A DNA stretch of 45,982 nt from Candidatus Kaiserbacteria bacterium (lineage in GTDB: Bacteria; Patescibacteriota; Minisyncoccia; Phycocordibacterales; UBA2100): positions 1-45,982 of the forward strand of contig JAMONA010000013.1 of the NCBI GenBank assembly GCA_027066795.1, read 5' to 3'. Below, one piece after another: positions 9,156 to 16,821 of the stretch (position 1 is the stretch's first letter; each line of letters opens with the position of its first letter). The position numbers and the translations under genes are program-made. The notes beneath the pieces are model-generated. The model did no database searches, had not been told where the DNA came from, and saw nothing but the letters and a program-made list of their open reading frames with translations.

Positions 9156-9457
9156 TCTTCGTCACCGCTCTTAGAGACTTTGATAAACTCTAGTATAAGT
9201 TCTATGGCTATAGACTCATTGTCGAACTCCCTTATGTCATTAAATATATTAAACCTATCCTCCATACCTAGCAGAGCTGCCAAAGCGTTTATATTACGCA
9301 CATACATAATAGCTGACCACAACACACGATATTGAAGAGCTGAGAGTACCTCACCATTTATAAGGCTATCTAGTAGTAGTGGTGCATCTGTTATCGGCTC
9401 TATATTATTTGGGCTTATTCCATCTGTTATCAACATTACCGGCTTGTCATCAAGCAC
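9152..9457 (-). CDS. hypothetical protein, 101 aa (GTG start; possibly the C-terminal part of a split gene)
   Basis: ORF only, with an acidic C-terminus and no SD. Its frame is open for 12 codons upstream of the GTG and overlaps the end of ORF 9463-9810. Confidence 0.45.
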   Translation of the reverse strand: MLDDKPVMLITDGISPNNIEPITDAPLLLDSLINGEVLSALQYRVLWSAIMYVRNINALAALLGMEDRFNIFNDIREFDNESIAIELILEFIKVSKSGDED

Positions 9458-9462
9458 TAGAG

Positions 9463-9810
9463 TTACGTTATTTTCTCCGATACGACCTGCCTCTCACCAA
9501 AATATTTAACTGCAGTATCTCGTGCAGTATTCATGGTTTTTATTAACTCATCATACGGCATCTGAAAATGTTGCATGCAGTCATCTACAGAGGCTTTTGT
9601 ATTACTAGCAAGCCAAGACGTGCACAGCTTTATAGATCTAATATTAACCTTAAATACAGAGGGCGCATACTCCCTACCTTCTCTCTTTGGTATGTAAACG
9701 AGAGATTCAGATCCTTTTGTAAGATATTGCGGGTTATACCTCTCTACAACATCATGCGCTAGCCCAGCTAACGTGTATTCAGAATCAGTATCTTTAAGTG
9801 CCTCATTCAT
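9463..9810 (-). CDS. hypothetical protein, 115 aa
   Basis: ORF only. It starts 30 nt after the helicase-nuclease stop, on the same strand. Confidence 0.5.
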   Translation of the reverse strand: MNEALKDTDSEYTLAGLAHDVVERYNPQYLTKGSESLVYIPKREGREYAPSVFKVNIRSIKLCTSWLASNTKASVDDCMQHFQMPYDELIKTMNTARDTAVKYFGERQVVSEKIT

Positions 9811-9840
9811 GTTAGAAATAATTTTAACATAACTGTATAC

Positions 9841-12800
9841 CTACCGCATCAGGTCTCTCAGCTCACAATACTTACATTTGCCTAGTTTGTGGTCTTCGCA
9901 ACGATTGTTCCAGAAGTCTAGGTTTAATATTTCATTACTTACCCTGCTTACCTCCTCCTTTAGCTGATCCACCTCATCACCTTCTATAATGAAACTCTCC
10001 TTGCGCAGCTTACCACTCTTGGCATCTGGTTGTATAAAGTCTATCTCTGCACTCTGCATCTCGTACACTCTGCCCTTGCCTGTCTTTTTTACATCGTCAT
10101 TATGCAGTCCTAGCATAAGTTTATAGAAGATCAGTTGCCTATAATAATCTCCATTACTACTCTTGGTGTTACCCATAATATCATTACGGCTCTTGGGCTT
10201 ACCTGTCTTATAGTCTACAACCACTACACCTTCATTCTCTGAGTTGCCAAGCTCTAGCTTATCTAGCTTGCCGCGCAGTAGTACATGTGGCAATTCGTTA
10301 CTCTCTATCGGTAGGTGGACCTTAAGGTCTAACTCACTCTTAGTATTCATATTAAGTTTGCCTTTATAGTGCTCTAGCCAAGCTGTGAGCACCTCCTCAC
10401 CCCTCTTAAGACCCTCCTTAAACTCAGTGCTTGTAAGTGGCTGTTTACCAAGCACTCTCTCAAACTCTTTAAGAAGCTTTGCCTTACTTGATTGTTTCTT
10501 GCTATTAGAGTGCTCAAAGTGATACTGCAAGGCTCCGTGAACGGCATTACCAAATGCTAGATGCTTGCTAGGTGGCTCTGGTATTCGTACCAAGTTACGG
10601 TAAAAGTACTGCCACGGACAAGTAAGATAGTTATTAAGTGCCGTTACTGAAAGTCCGAAGTCTATAAATAGGCCGTTTAGGAATTCCTTGTCTTGCACCA
10701 AGCTTTCTGGTGGGTTAAGTGCTTTAAAGTACTCCGCAGAGTCTATACTTTGCTCAAACTCACTTGTAGTTACTGTAGAGTAACGCTCATCAGCTAGCTC
10801 ATCTAAAAATATACTAGGCAGCTGCACAGTCCCACTTGCAGACTGGTTACTATAGCTCATACTCACACCAACTCTTGCACGTGTAAGTGCCACATAAAAT
10901 AAGCGTCGCTCGTCATCATTATCTCCAGCCGTTATACCCAAGCCTGGTAACTTAAAGGAGTCCATACTACGCTTATTACCCCAACGCTTATCTTTCATGC
11001 CAATTATATATACATAGTCAAATTCTAACCCCTTACTCTTATGTGCTGTCATCAAGCGTACTGCACCACCACTTCCGCCTGAACCACTCTTTTTAATAGG
11101 TATGTTGTACTCCTCTAAGAGTTGCAGGTGCTCTACCAAAGCAGCAGCCGTATAATCTGGGTCCCGCACTGATAGCTCTGTGATGAGTGTTACGAGACCA
11201 CGCAGCTTCTCTACTAACTCTCCTGCCCTCTTAGAGTTAAGTACGTAGGTAAGGAAGCCAGACTCACGCACAAGAGTATTAAAAAACACTGGAACAGACT
11301 CCTTTTGTGACTTATCAGCTAGATCCTTGAGCTTACCCATAAACTCTAATGCCTCAATAACATTAGTGTGTGCATCTTTAAGCAACCCCTTACTACTTAA
11401 TATATCAAACACACTAAGTCTCTCACGGCGAGCATGCCTAAGTATCCTATAAGCATTGGTAGGTGAAAGCCCTAAAAACGATAGATGCATAGCTGGCACG
11501 AGTCTTGTGGCACTACCATACTCTGTCACAGCATAGAGCACTATCAGCAACTTGCGTATATCTGGGTCGGCAAGCACATTTTGGTTGCTCTCTATGCGAT
11601 GAGGTATGCCCTCCCGCTCTAGCGCATTACTCACAAGTTCAGCATCTGCATTGTTGCGGTAGAGTACTGCCACCTCGCTGTGCTCTACACCTTGCTCTAT
11701 CTTCTCTCCGATATTTTTAGCTACCCACATTAGCTCATTATCTTCGCTAGCAAACTCTCTTAACTCTACGCCACTTTTACTAATGCCTGCATGAGACTCT
11801 AGTGGTGCATTATACAAAGTATTGCCCTCCATAAGACTATGTGCACCATCAAGTATCTCTTGCCCCGAGCGGTAGTTGCGCTCTAAAGTTATAAGCTTGG
11901 CACTTGTATATAGTTTTTTAAAATAGTTAAAATTCTCAAGTGATGCTCCTTGAAATCGAAATATCGCCTGCTTCTCATCTCCTACTATAAAGAGGTTTGG
12001 GTTGCTATAATAGCTGGCCAACAGCTCTAAAATCTTATTTTGTGCCCCATTGGCATCTTGGTGCTCATCTGCAAGTATATATTGGTATTGCTCTTGAAGG
12101 CGTTGTAGTAGCTCGCTATTACTCTCCATGGCATGCATAGCCTCTAGTATCATGTCTTCATAATCATAGAGTTTTAGCTCTCGTAGTTTCTCTTCATAAT
12201 CAGCATATATATGGGCAAGTTCACGCCCCTTCTCTATCCTCTTTAGCTCGTCGGCATATTTGGCCTTCATCTTGCCCTTGTGTGCACCTTTAGTGTGATG
12301 AAGGTCGTCAGCCTGACCTACGCCCTGCTCTTGCTCGGCCAGTAGCGTAAGTAGCTTGCTTGGCGAGACACCCTCACGCTTTAACTCACTAAGCTTACCC
12401 CTTATTGGTCCTAAAAAGTAGAAGTTGTTACTAAACGGCTTTAAATGTGTGAGCTCACTATCTGTAATAATATCTCTAAGCAGAGTAACCTGCTCTATAT
12501 CTGTTATGGGTTCACTGCCTATTATGCGCTCAAACTCGTTTGGGTATTTCTTAATCACCTCATTACAAAAACCGTGGTATGTATGTATCGCTACCTTATA
12601 GCCATCTTGCCCTATAATGCTCACAAGGCGCTTGCGCATGGCAGAGACACCAGCCTCGGTAAAGGTAAGTGCTAGTATGTTATCTGCATTAGTATCTGTC
12701 TCTCGTAAAATATTAGCTATGCGCAGTGTGAGTATTTGCGTCTTGCCAGTGCCTGGGCCAGCTACCACCATTACAGAGCCCTCAACTGTATCTACGGCCT

Positions 12801-12879
12801 CTCGCTGCCCGTCATTAAGGATCTTATAGAGCTTACTAAACTCTGGTGTTGTTTTAGCTTTAGCTGTAACGTCTTTCAT
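9841..12879 (-). CDS. UvrD/PcrA-family helicase fused to a C-terminal PD-(D/E)XK (Cas4/AddB-like) nuclease with a 4-Cys cluster
   Basis: Walker A AGPGTGKTQ, DEHQD, and UvrD motifs through VALTRAR. C-terminal nuclease: LTCPWQYFY ... GKLDKLEL ... VVVDYKTGK ... YYRQLIFY ... CEDHKLGKCKYC (Cys1 plus Cys2-4, an Fe-S type arrangement). Confidence 0.88.
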   Translation of the reverse strand: MKDVTAKAKTTPEFSKLYKILNDGQREAVDTVEGSVMVVAGPGTGKTQILTLRIANILRETDTNADNILALTFTEAGVSAMRKRLVSIIGQDGYKVAIHTYHGFCNEVIKKYPNEFERIIGSEPITDIEQVTLLRDIITDSELTHLKPFSNNFYFLGPIRGKLSELKREGVSPSKLLTLLAEQEQGVGQADDLHHTKGAHKGKMKAKYADELKRIEKGRELAHIYADYEEKLRELKLYDYEDMILEAMHAMESNSELLQRLQEQYQYILADEHQDANGAQNKILELLASYYSNPNLFIVGDEKQAIFRFQGASLENFNYFKKLYTSAKLITLERNYRSGQEILDGAHSLMEGNTLYNAPLESHAGISKSGVELREFASEDNELMWVAKNIGEKIEQGVEHSEVAVLYRNNADAELVSNALEREGIPHRIESNQNVLADPDIRKLLIVLYAVTEYGSATRLVPAMHLSFLGLSPTNAYRILRHARRERLSVFDILSSKGLLKDAHTNVIEALEFMGKLKDLADKSQKESVPVFFNTLVRESGFLTYVLNSKRAGELVEKLRGLVTLITELSVRDPDYTAAALVEHLQLLEEYNIPIKKSGSGGSGGAVRLMTAHKSKGLEFDYVYIIGMKDKRWGNKRSMDSFKLPGLGITAGDNDDERRLFYVALTRARVGVSMSYSNQSASGTVQLPSIFLDELADERYSTVTTSEFEQSIDSAEYFKALNPPESLVQDKEFLNGLFIDFGLSVTALNNYLTCPWQYFYRNLVRIPEPPSKHLAFGNAVHGALQYHFEHSNSKKQSSKAKLLKEFERVLGKQPLTSTEFKEGLKRGEEVLTAWLEHYKGKLNMNTKSELDLKVHLPIESNELPHVLLRGKLDKLELGNSENEGVVVVDYKTGKPKSRNDIMGNTKSSNGDYYRQLIFYKLMLGLHNDDVKKTGKGRVYEMQSAEIDFIQPDAKSGKLRKESFIIEGDEVDQLKEEVSRVSNEILNLDFWNNRCEDHKLGKCKYCELRDLMR

Positions 12880-12938
12880 TACCCTAAGTATAGCATCTGG
12901 ACATTATTTTACCTGCTGCAAGAGCCTTATATAAAGCA

Positions 12939-14645
12939 TTAGCGGTCAGGCGCTATATCTAGGTGGTTGATTAAGAATTTTGAGATATTTATAAATGGGT
13001 CGGTTAGCGTCTCAGATGCATACCGTGCACCGTTTGGTTCAAGATTCATCAATAAAACTATAAACTCAGCGTTATATGATGGACCATATCCTACAAACGT
13101 GTGCAGGTATGCATCGTCTCTATATCCACCTGCAGTAGCAAGCTGTGCAGTACCCGTCTTAATTCCTAGTGAATAATGTGGCATTTTGTGCTTGCCGCCA
13201 GCTAAGACCTCATCGACAACCTTAGTCAGCATTTTAGCAATAGTCTCTGCTGTCTCTGGTTTAAAGACTCGTACTTTTTGGTCACTGTAGTCAAACTTCT
13301 TATCTAAGCCAGTATTATACTCTATACGTTTTACCATATGTGGTTGCACCATATAACCACCATTGGCTACTGCCGCAAGTGCACGTATGGTGGCAATAGG
13401 TGTAAACGCTACACCTTGTCCAAAACTAGCTGTAGCAAATTCTATCTCTCGTTCACTCTCAAGGTTATTAACCATACCTACAGCCTCTGCTGGCAAATCT
13501 ATACCAGTCTCTTCACCAAGTGATAATTTGTCTATAAAGTATTCACGCATCTGTTTGTGCCCAACCCTTTCAGCAATAAAGGCTACACCTGTATTTAATG
13601 ACTGACTGAGCACCTCCTGCATCGGCACAACCCCGCGGGCCCTACCGTCGTAATTGTGTATAGTGGCACCATTTAAAGTTAAGCTACCCTTATCATTATA
13701 TGTAGTTTCCGCCTTCACAGCCCCTGTGTCTATACCTATTGCCATTGTAAGCACTTTTATTATTGAGCCCATCTCATATACACCACTAATTAACGGGTTA
13801 GAAAACCTTACACCAGATATATTATTAAAATTATTCAAATCAAATTTAGGAGATACTGCCATTGCTAGTATTTCACCTGTCTGCGGATCCATAACTATAA
13901 CAGCTGTCATCTTGCTACCCCATTTGTCTTTAACTTTAAGAATTTCCTCCTCTACAAATACCTGCACCGTCGGGTCTATTGTAAGCACTATGTCACCCTC
14001 TCTGGCACCACCCTCTGCTAAATCACTTAGATTGGTAAATAGCTCTGCAAAAAAGTTTACATACAAGTTACTTGAATCACGTGCTAAAATATCTTCATAA
14101 TATCGCTCTAGTCCGTAACGTCCTACTTTGTTATTATTCTCATCAAAACCTACAAAACCAAGTATATGTGAGCCCATATCACCCCCTGGATAGTAGCGCT
14201 CCCTCTGTTGGGTCAATATTACACCTGGTAGTTTAAGCCTACGCACAGAGTCTGCAATATCTTGAGTCAGCCCCTTTGCTAGTTCTTCATATGGGTCTTT
14301 TACTTTTGCAACCTTGTATTTATATTCTTCCTCGTCTATAGGCAATACTTCATTTATTTTTTTATATACATCTTCACTATCAACGATATTTCTTGGGTCT
14401 ATGGCTAATATAAAACGAGAGTGCACTGTAGCACTAGCAATCTTAGTGCCACCACGATGAGTCATGAATATGTTGCCTCTGTCATATATACCGACTTTCG
14501 TATTTACGTACTGATGTGATGCTTCTATATCATAAGCAGGTCCGTCAATCACCTGTAAAAAATATAATCGTACTACCAATAATAAAACTATACTGACAAA
14601 AACTATTGTCATCATCCATATGCGCATCACGAGTAGTTTACGCAT
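12939..14645 (-). CDS. ftsI: class B penicillin-binding protein / transpeptidase (FtsI/PBP2 type)
   Basis: N-terminal TM helix, SIIK (SxxK), SLN (SxN) and KTG motifs. Position after ftsL in the dcw block. Confidence 0.9.
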   Translation of the reverse strand: MRKLLVMRIWMMTIVFVSIVLLLVVRLYFLQVIDGPAYDIEASHQYVNTKVGIYDRGNIFMTHRGGTKIASATVHSRFILAIDPRNIVDSEDVYKKINEVLPIDEEEYKYKVAKVKDPYEELAKGLTQDIADSVRRLKLPGVILTQQRERYYPGGDMGSHILGFVGFDENNNKVGRYGLERYYEDILARDSSNLYVNFFAELFTNLSDLAEGGAREGDIVLTIDPTVQVFVEEEILKVKDKWGSKMTAVIVMDPQTGEILAMAVSPKFDLNNFNNISGVRFSNPLISGVYEMGSIIKVLTMAIGIDTGAVKAETTYNDKGSLTLNGATIHNYDGRARGVVPMQEVLSQSLNTGVAFIAERVGHKQMREYFIDKLSLGEETGIDLPAEAVGMVNNLESEREIEFATASFGQGVAFTPIATIRALAAVANGGYMVQPHMVKRIEYNTGLDKKFDYSDQKVRVFKPETAETIAKMLTKVVDEVLAGGKHKMPHYSLGIKTGTAQLATAGGYRDDAYLHTFVGYGPSYNAEFIVLLMNLEPNGARYASETLTDPFINISKFLINHLDIAPDR

Positions 14646-14656
14646 TTTTATTATAA

Positions 14657-14974
14657 TTAGTTAGCTTGCCCTACAAGCACACGACGCTCTGTAAAACCTT
14701 TAGAGGCAACAGGACCAAGGCCAGCTCCAGAGGCACGAGCCATAGTGATACCACTTACCCTTGTTATATACTCATTCTCCATTTGGGATATCTCTGCTCG
14801 TATCATGGCTGTTCGTGTCTCTGCCTCCTTACGTATCACTACATTCTTCACTGATAAGCCTATAAAAGTAACATAACTTGCTAACAGAACAGTTATCATA
14901 AGTGTCAGCATTATAAAAACTCTTAACTTTATAACTTGTACTAATATTCTGTTGTTTTGTCTCCTTACTTTCAT
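14657..14974 (-). CDS. small single-pass membrane protein, FtsL-like by position
   Basis: 105 aa with one TM helix, lying between rsmH and ftsI as ftsL does in dcw clusters. No sequence motif supports it. Confidence 0.55.
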   Translation of the reverse strand: MKVRRQNNRILVQVIKLRVFIMLTLMITVLLASYVTFIGLSVKNVVIRKEAETRTAMIRAEISQMENEYITRVSGITMARASGAGLGPVASKGFTERRVLVGQAN

Positions 14975-15005
14975 AATTTTATAAATTTACTTTTGTTTAA
15001 AATTC

Positions 15006-15995
15006 TTAATCTCTTTGAAATACTCGTAATTTACTACTCCTTGCTCTTTTGTTCTCTCTTACCTCCTCATTCGTAGGTGCTATAGGCTTCTTGGTTATTA
15101 TTGTGCCTAAGCCGTCCTCTTGCCACTGTCTAAACAACCTCTTAACCAACCGGTCTTCAAGTGAGTGAAAGGTTATTACCCCTACTCTACCTCCTGGCTT
15201 AATATATTTAAGCACCTTGTCTAATGCCTCTTTAGCAGCACCTAACTCGTCATTAACTGTTATTCTCAAGGCCTGGAAGCTCTTAGTGGCAGGGTTCGTC
15301 TTACCGTGTCTGTAGTGTGCTGGCACTGCAGCAGTGATTATGCTCACCAATTGCTCGGTGGTCGTTATCTCTGCCTCTGTACGCGCTTCTACTATCGCTT
15401 TAGCTATGCGGCGTGAATACCTCTCACCACCGTAGCCATAGATAATGTCTGCGATATTCTCCTCTTGCCAGTCGTTAACTATTTCCTTGGCAGTTAAAGT
15501 ATCCTCACCAACCATATCGCTAAGTGTCATGGTTAAGGGCTCCTCATTTTGAAAGGTAAAGCCTCTACCACTCACCTCTAGCTGGTCACTAGAAAGGCCA
15601 AGGTCAAACAGCGCAGCATCAAGCCACTGGATTTTAAGAGTGCCTAAGACCTTGTCTAAATTACGGAAGTTGTCTTGCATTAAATGCAGTCCTGGCAACT
15701 TATCTACCAGAGTAGTTTCTAGATTATACTTAGCTCTCTCTATAGCTCTTGAGTCAGCATCTATACCTATTAAAACTCCATTAGCACCTACTTCTTGAGC
15801 CATTGCAGCCGCGTGGCCACCACCTCCAAGCGTACCGTCAAGCACTGTACCACCTTTTGGTATATTTAAATTTTTGAGTACTTCTTGTAAAAGAACTGGT
15901 ACATGCACCGTGTGCATACTTACCTCGACCGCTTGTTGCGAGTCTGAGCCGGTGGAGGATTGGCTATGATTGTTAAGTGTGCGCATGACATTCAT
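15006..15995 (-). CDS. rsmH: 16S rRNA (cytosine1402-N4)-methyltransferase
   Basis: HVPVLLQEVL...DGTLGGGGH...DLGLSS.Q....RGF.F is the canonical RsmH/MraW pattern. GGGGGA lies upstream of the ATG at 15995. Confidence 0.95.
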   Translation of the reverse strand: MNVMRTLNNHSQSSTGSDSQQAVEVSMHTVHVPVLLQEVLKNLNIPKGGTVLDGTLGGGGHAAAMAQEVGANGVLIGIDADSRAIERAKYNLETTLVDKLPGLHLMQDNFRNLDKVLGTLKIQWLDAALFDLGLSSDQLEVSGRGFTFQNEEPLTMTLSDMVGEDTLTAKEIVNDWQEENIADIIYGYGGERYSRRIAKAIVEARTEAEITTTEQLVSIITAAVPAHYRHGKTNPATKSFQALRITVNDELGAAKEALDKVLKYIKPGGRVGVITFHSLEDRLVKRLFRQWQEDGLGTIITKKPIAPTNEEVRENKRARSSKLRVFQRD

Positions 15996-16036
15996 AAAAT
16001 TCCCCCAGCCGCTCAGAGCAGCAACTAATTACTATC

Positions 16037-16471
16037 CTAAAGAACCCCTATCTCTCCCAATTTGCTTGCCATCATATCTCCATTTTGCTCCATTTTCTTA
16101 CTATATGACTTCCACAATTTTGCATCCCAGAGCTCGACTCTACTCTGTACACCGGTTAGCACCACCTCACGGCTGAGCTTAGCAAATTGCTTAAGGTGCT
16201 CTGGTACTACTACTCTACCTGCCTTGTCTAGCTCTGCTTCTGTAGCACCTGCTAAAAAGAAACGACTAAAGCCTCTAGAGTTAGCATCTGCCATAGAGAG
16301 GCCTGCAAGCTTCTCTGTGATCTTCTTCCACTCTTGTTGAGAATATACAAACAAGGAACTATCTAACCCTCTTGTTACTACAATCTTTTTACCCAGCTCG
16401 CTTTTAAACTTAGTAGGCAGTGTGAGCCTGTTCTTGTCGTCTAACGTGTGGGTATATTCTCCTAGTAACAT
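16037..16471 (-). CDS. mraZ: transcriptional regulator MraZ
   Basis: MLLGEYTHTLDDKNRLTLP and a second DKAGRVVVP repeat (duplicated SpoVT/AbrB-like halves). Confidence 0.95.
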   Translation of the reverse strand: MLLGEYTHTLDDKNRLTLPTKFKSELGKKIVVTRGLDSSLFVYSQQEWKKITEKLAGLSMADANSRGFSRFFLAGATEAELDKAGRVVVPEHLKQFAKLSREVVLTGVQSRVELWDAKLWKSYSKKMEQNGDMMASKLGEIGVL

Positions 16472-16490
16472 ATTATTTAAGTGATTTAAT

Positions 16491-16530
16491 TACTACCACT
16501 TCGTCCCACTATACACCACTACAACCCACT
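16491..16530 (-). promoter_or_regulatory. MraZ operator: four direct 10-bp repeats with an AGTGG(G/T) core
   Basis: The plus strand reads tactaCCACT tcgtcCCACT atacaCCACT acaacCCACT, with exact 10-bp phasing, 20-60 bp upstream of the mraZ start. Confidence 0.75.
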
Positions 16531-16568
16531 ATGCCTAATAACTTATCCACAATAGTTAAACTCCAAGT

Positions 16569-16597
16569 AAAAAAGCGAGGCAACGCCTCGCTTTTTT
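16569..16597. terminator. bidirectional rho-independent terminator (orphaned terminator of the membrane-protein gene?)
   Basis: AAAAA-GCGAGGC-aac-GCCTCGC-TTTTTT. It lies 19 nt past the stop codon of the duplicated gene-end fragment at 16616-16671. Confidence 0.8.
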
Positions 16598-16620
16598 ACT
16601 TACTTATTTATATTACTATT

Positions 16621-16671
16621 TAAAGCACTTGAGGTACCAGAGTGATATAATCTGTATTACTATGGCTACAA
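16621..16671. repeat. left 51-bp direct repeat (copy of the 3' end of CDS 17927-18358)
   Basis: 47/51 identical to 17941-17991 at a constant offset of 1,320 bp. The perfect core is 38 bp (16626-16663). Confidence 0.95.
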
Positions 16672-16699
16672 GCATCTAACTATTTAGCTGTAAAAATAT

Positions 16700-16729
16700 A
16701 ATTAAACTTGCATGAACGCAAGTTTAATT
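16700..16729. promoter_or_regulatory. 12-bp perfect inverted repeat abutting the cassette promoter -35 (candidate operator)
   Basis: AATTAAACTTGC-atgaac-GCAAGTTTAATT. Confidence 0.4.
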
Positions 16730-16755
16730 GTCATTTATAGAAAATGTGCTATATT
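16728..16755 (+). promoter_or_regulatory. sigma-70-type promoter with extended -10 for CDS 16822-17865
   Basis: TTGTCA, 16 nt, (TGTGc)TATATT. The SD GGAAGGAGG lies at 16805-16813. Confidence 0.55.
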
Positions 16756-16821
16756 CATAAGTAGAAAATACTACAGTCATAAAACACAAAACTTTTAAAC
16801 CTTAGGAAGGAGGTTAGTCCG

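Noticed and set aside
16543-16551. A perfect DnaA box, TTATCCACA, upstream of mraZ.
   Set aside because: It is a single box with no cluster, no AT-rich unwinding element and no dnaA/dnaN nearby. Its GTGG core lies 21 bp from the phased MraZ repeats, so a degenerate fifth MraZ box explains it better.
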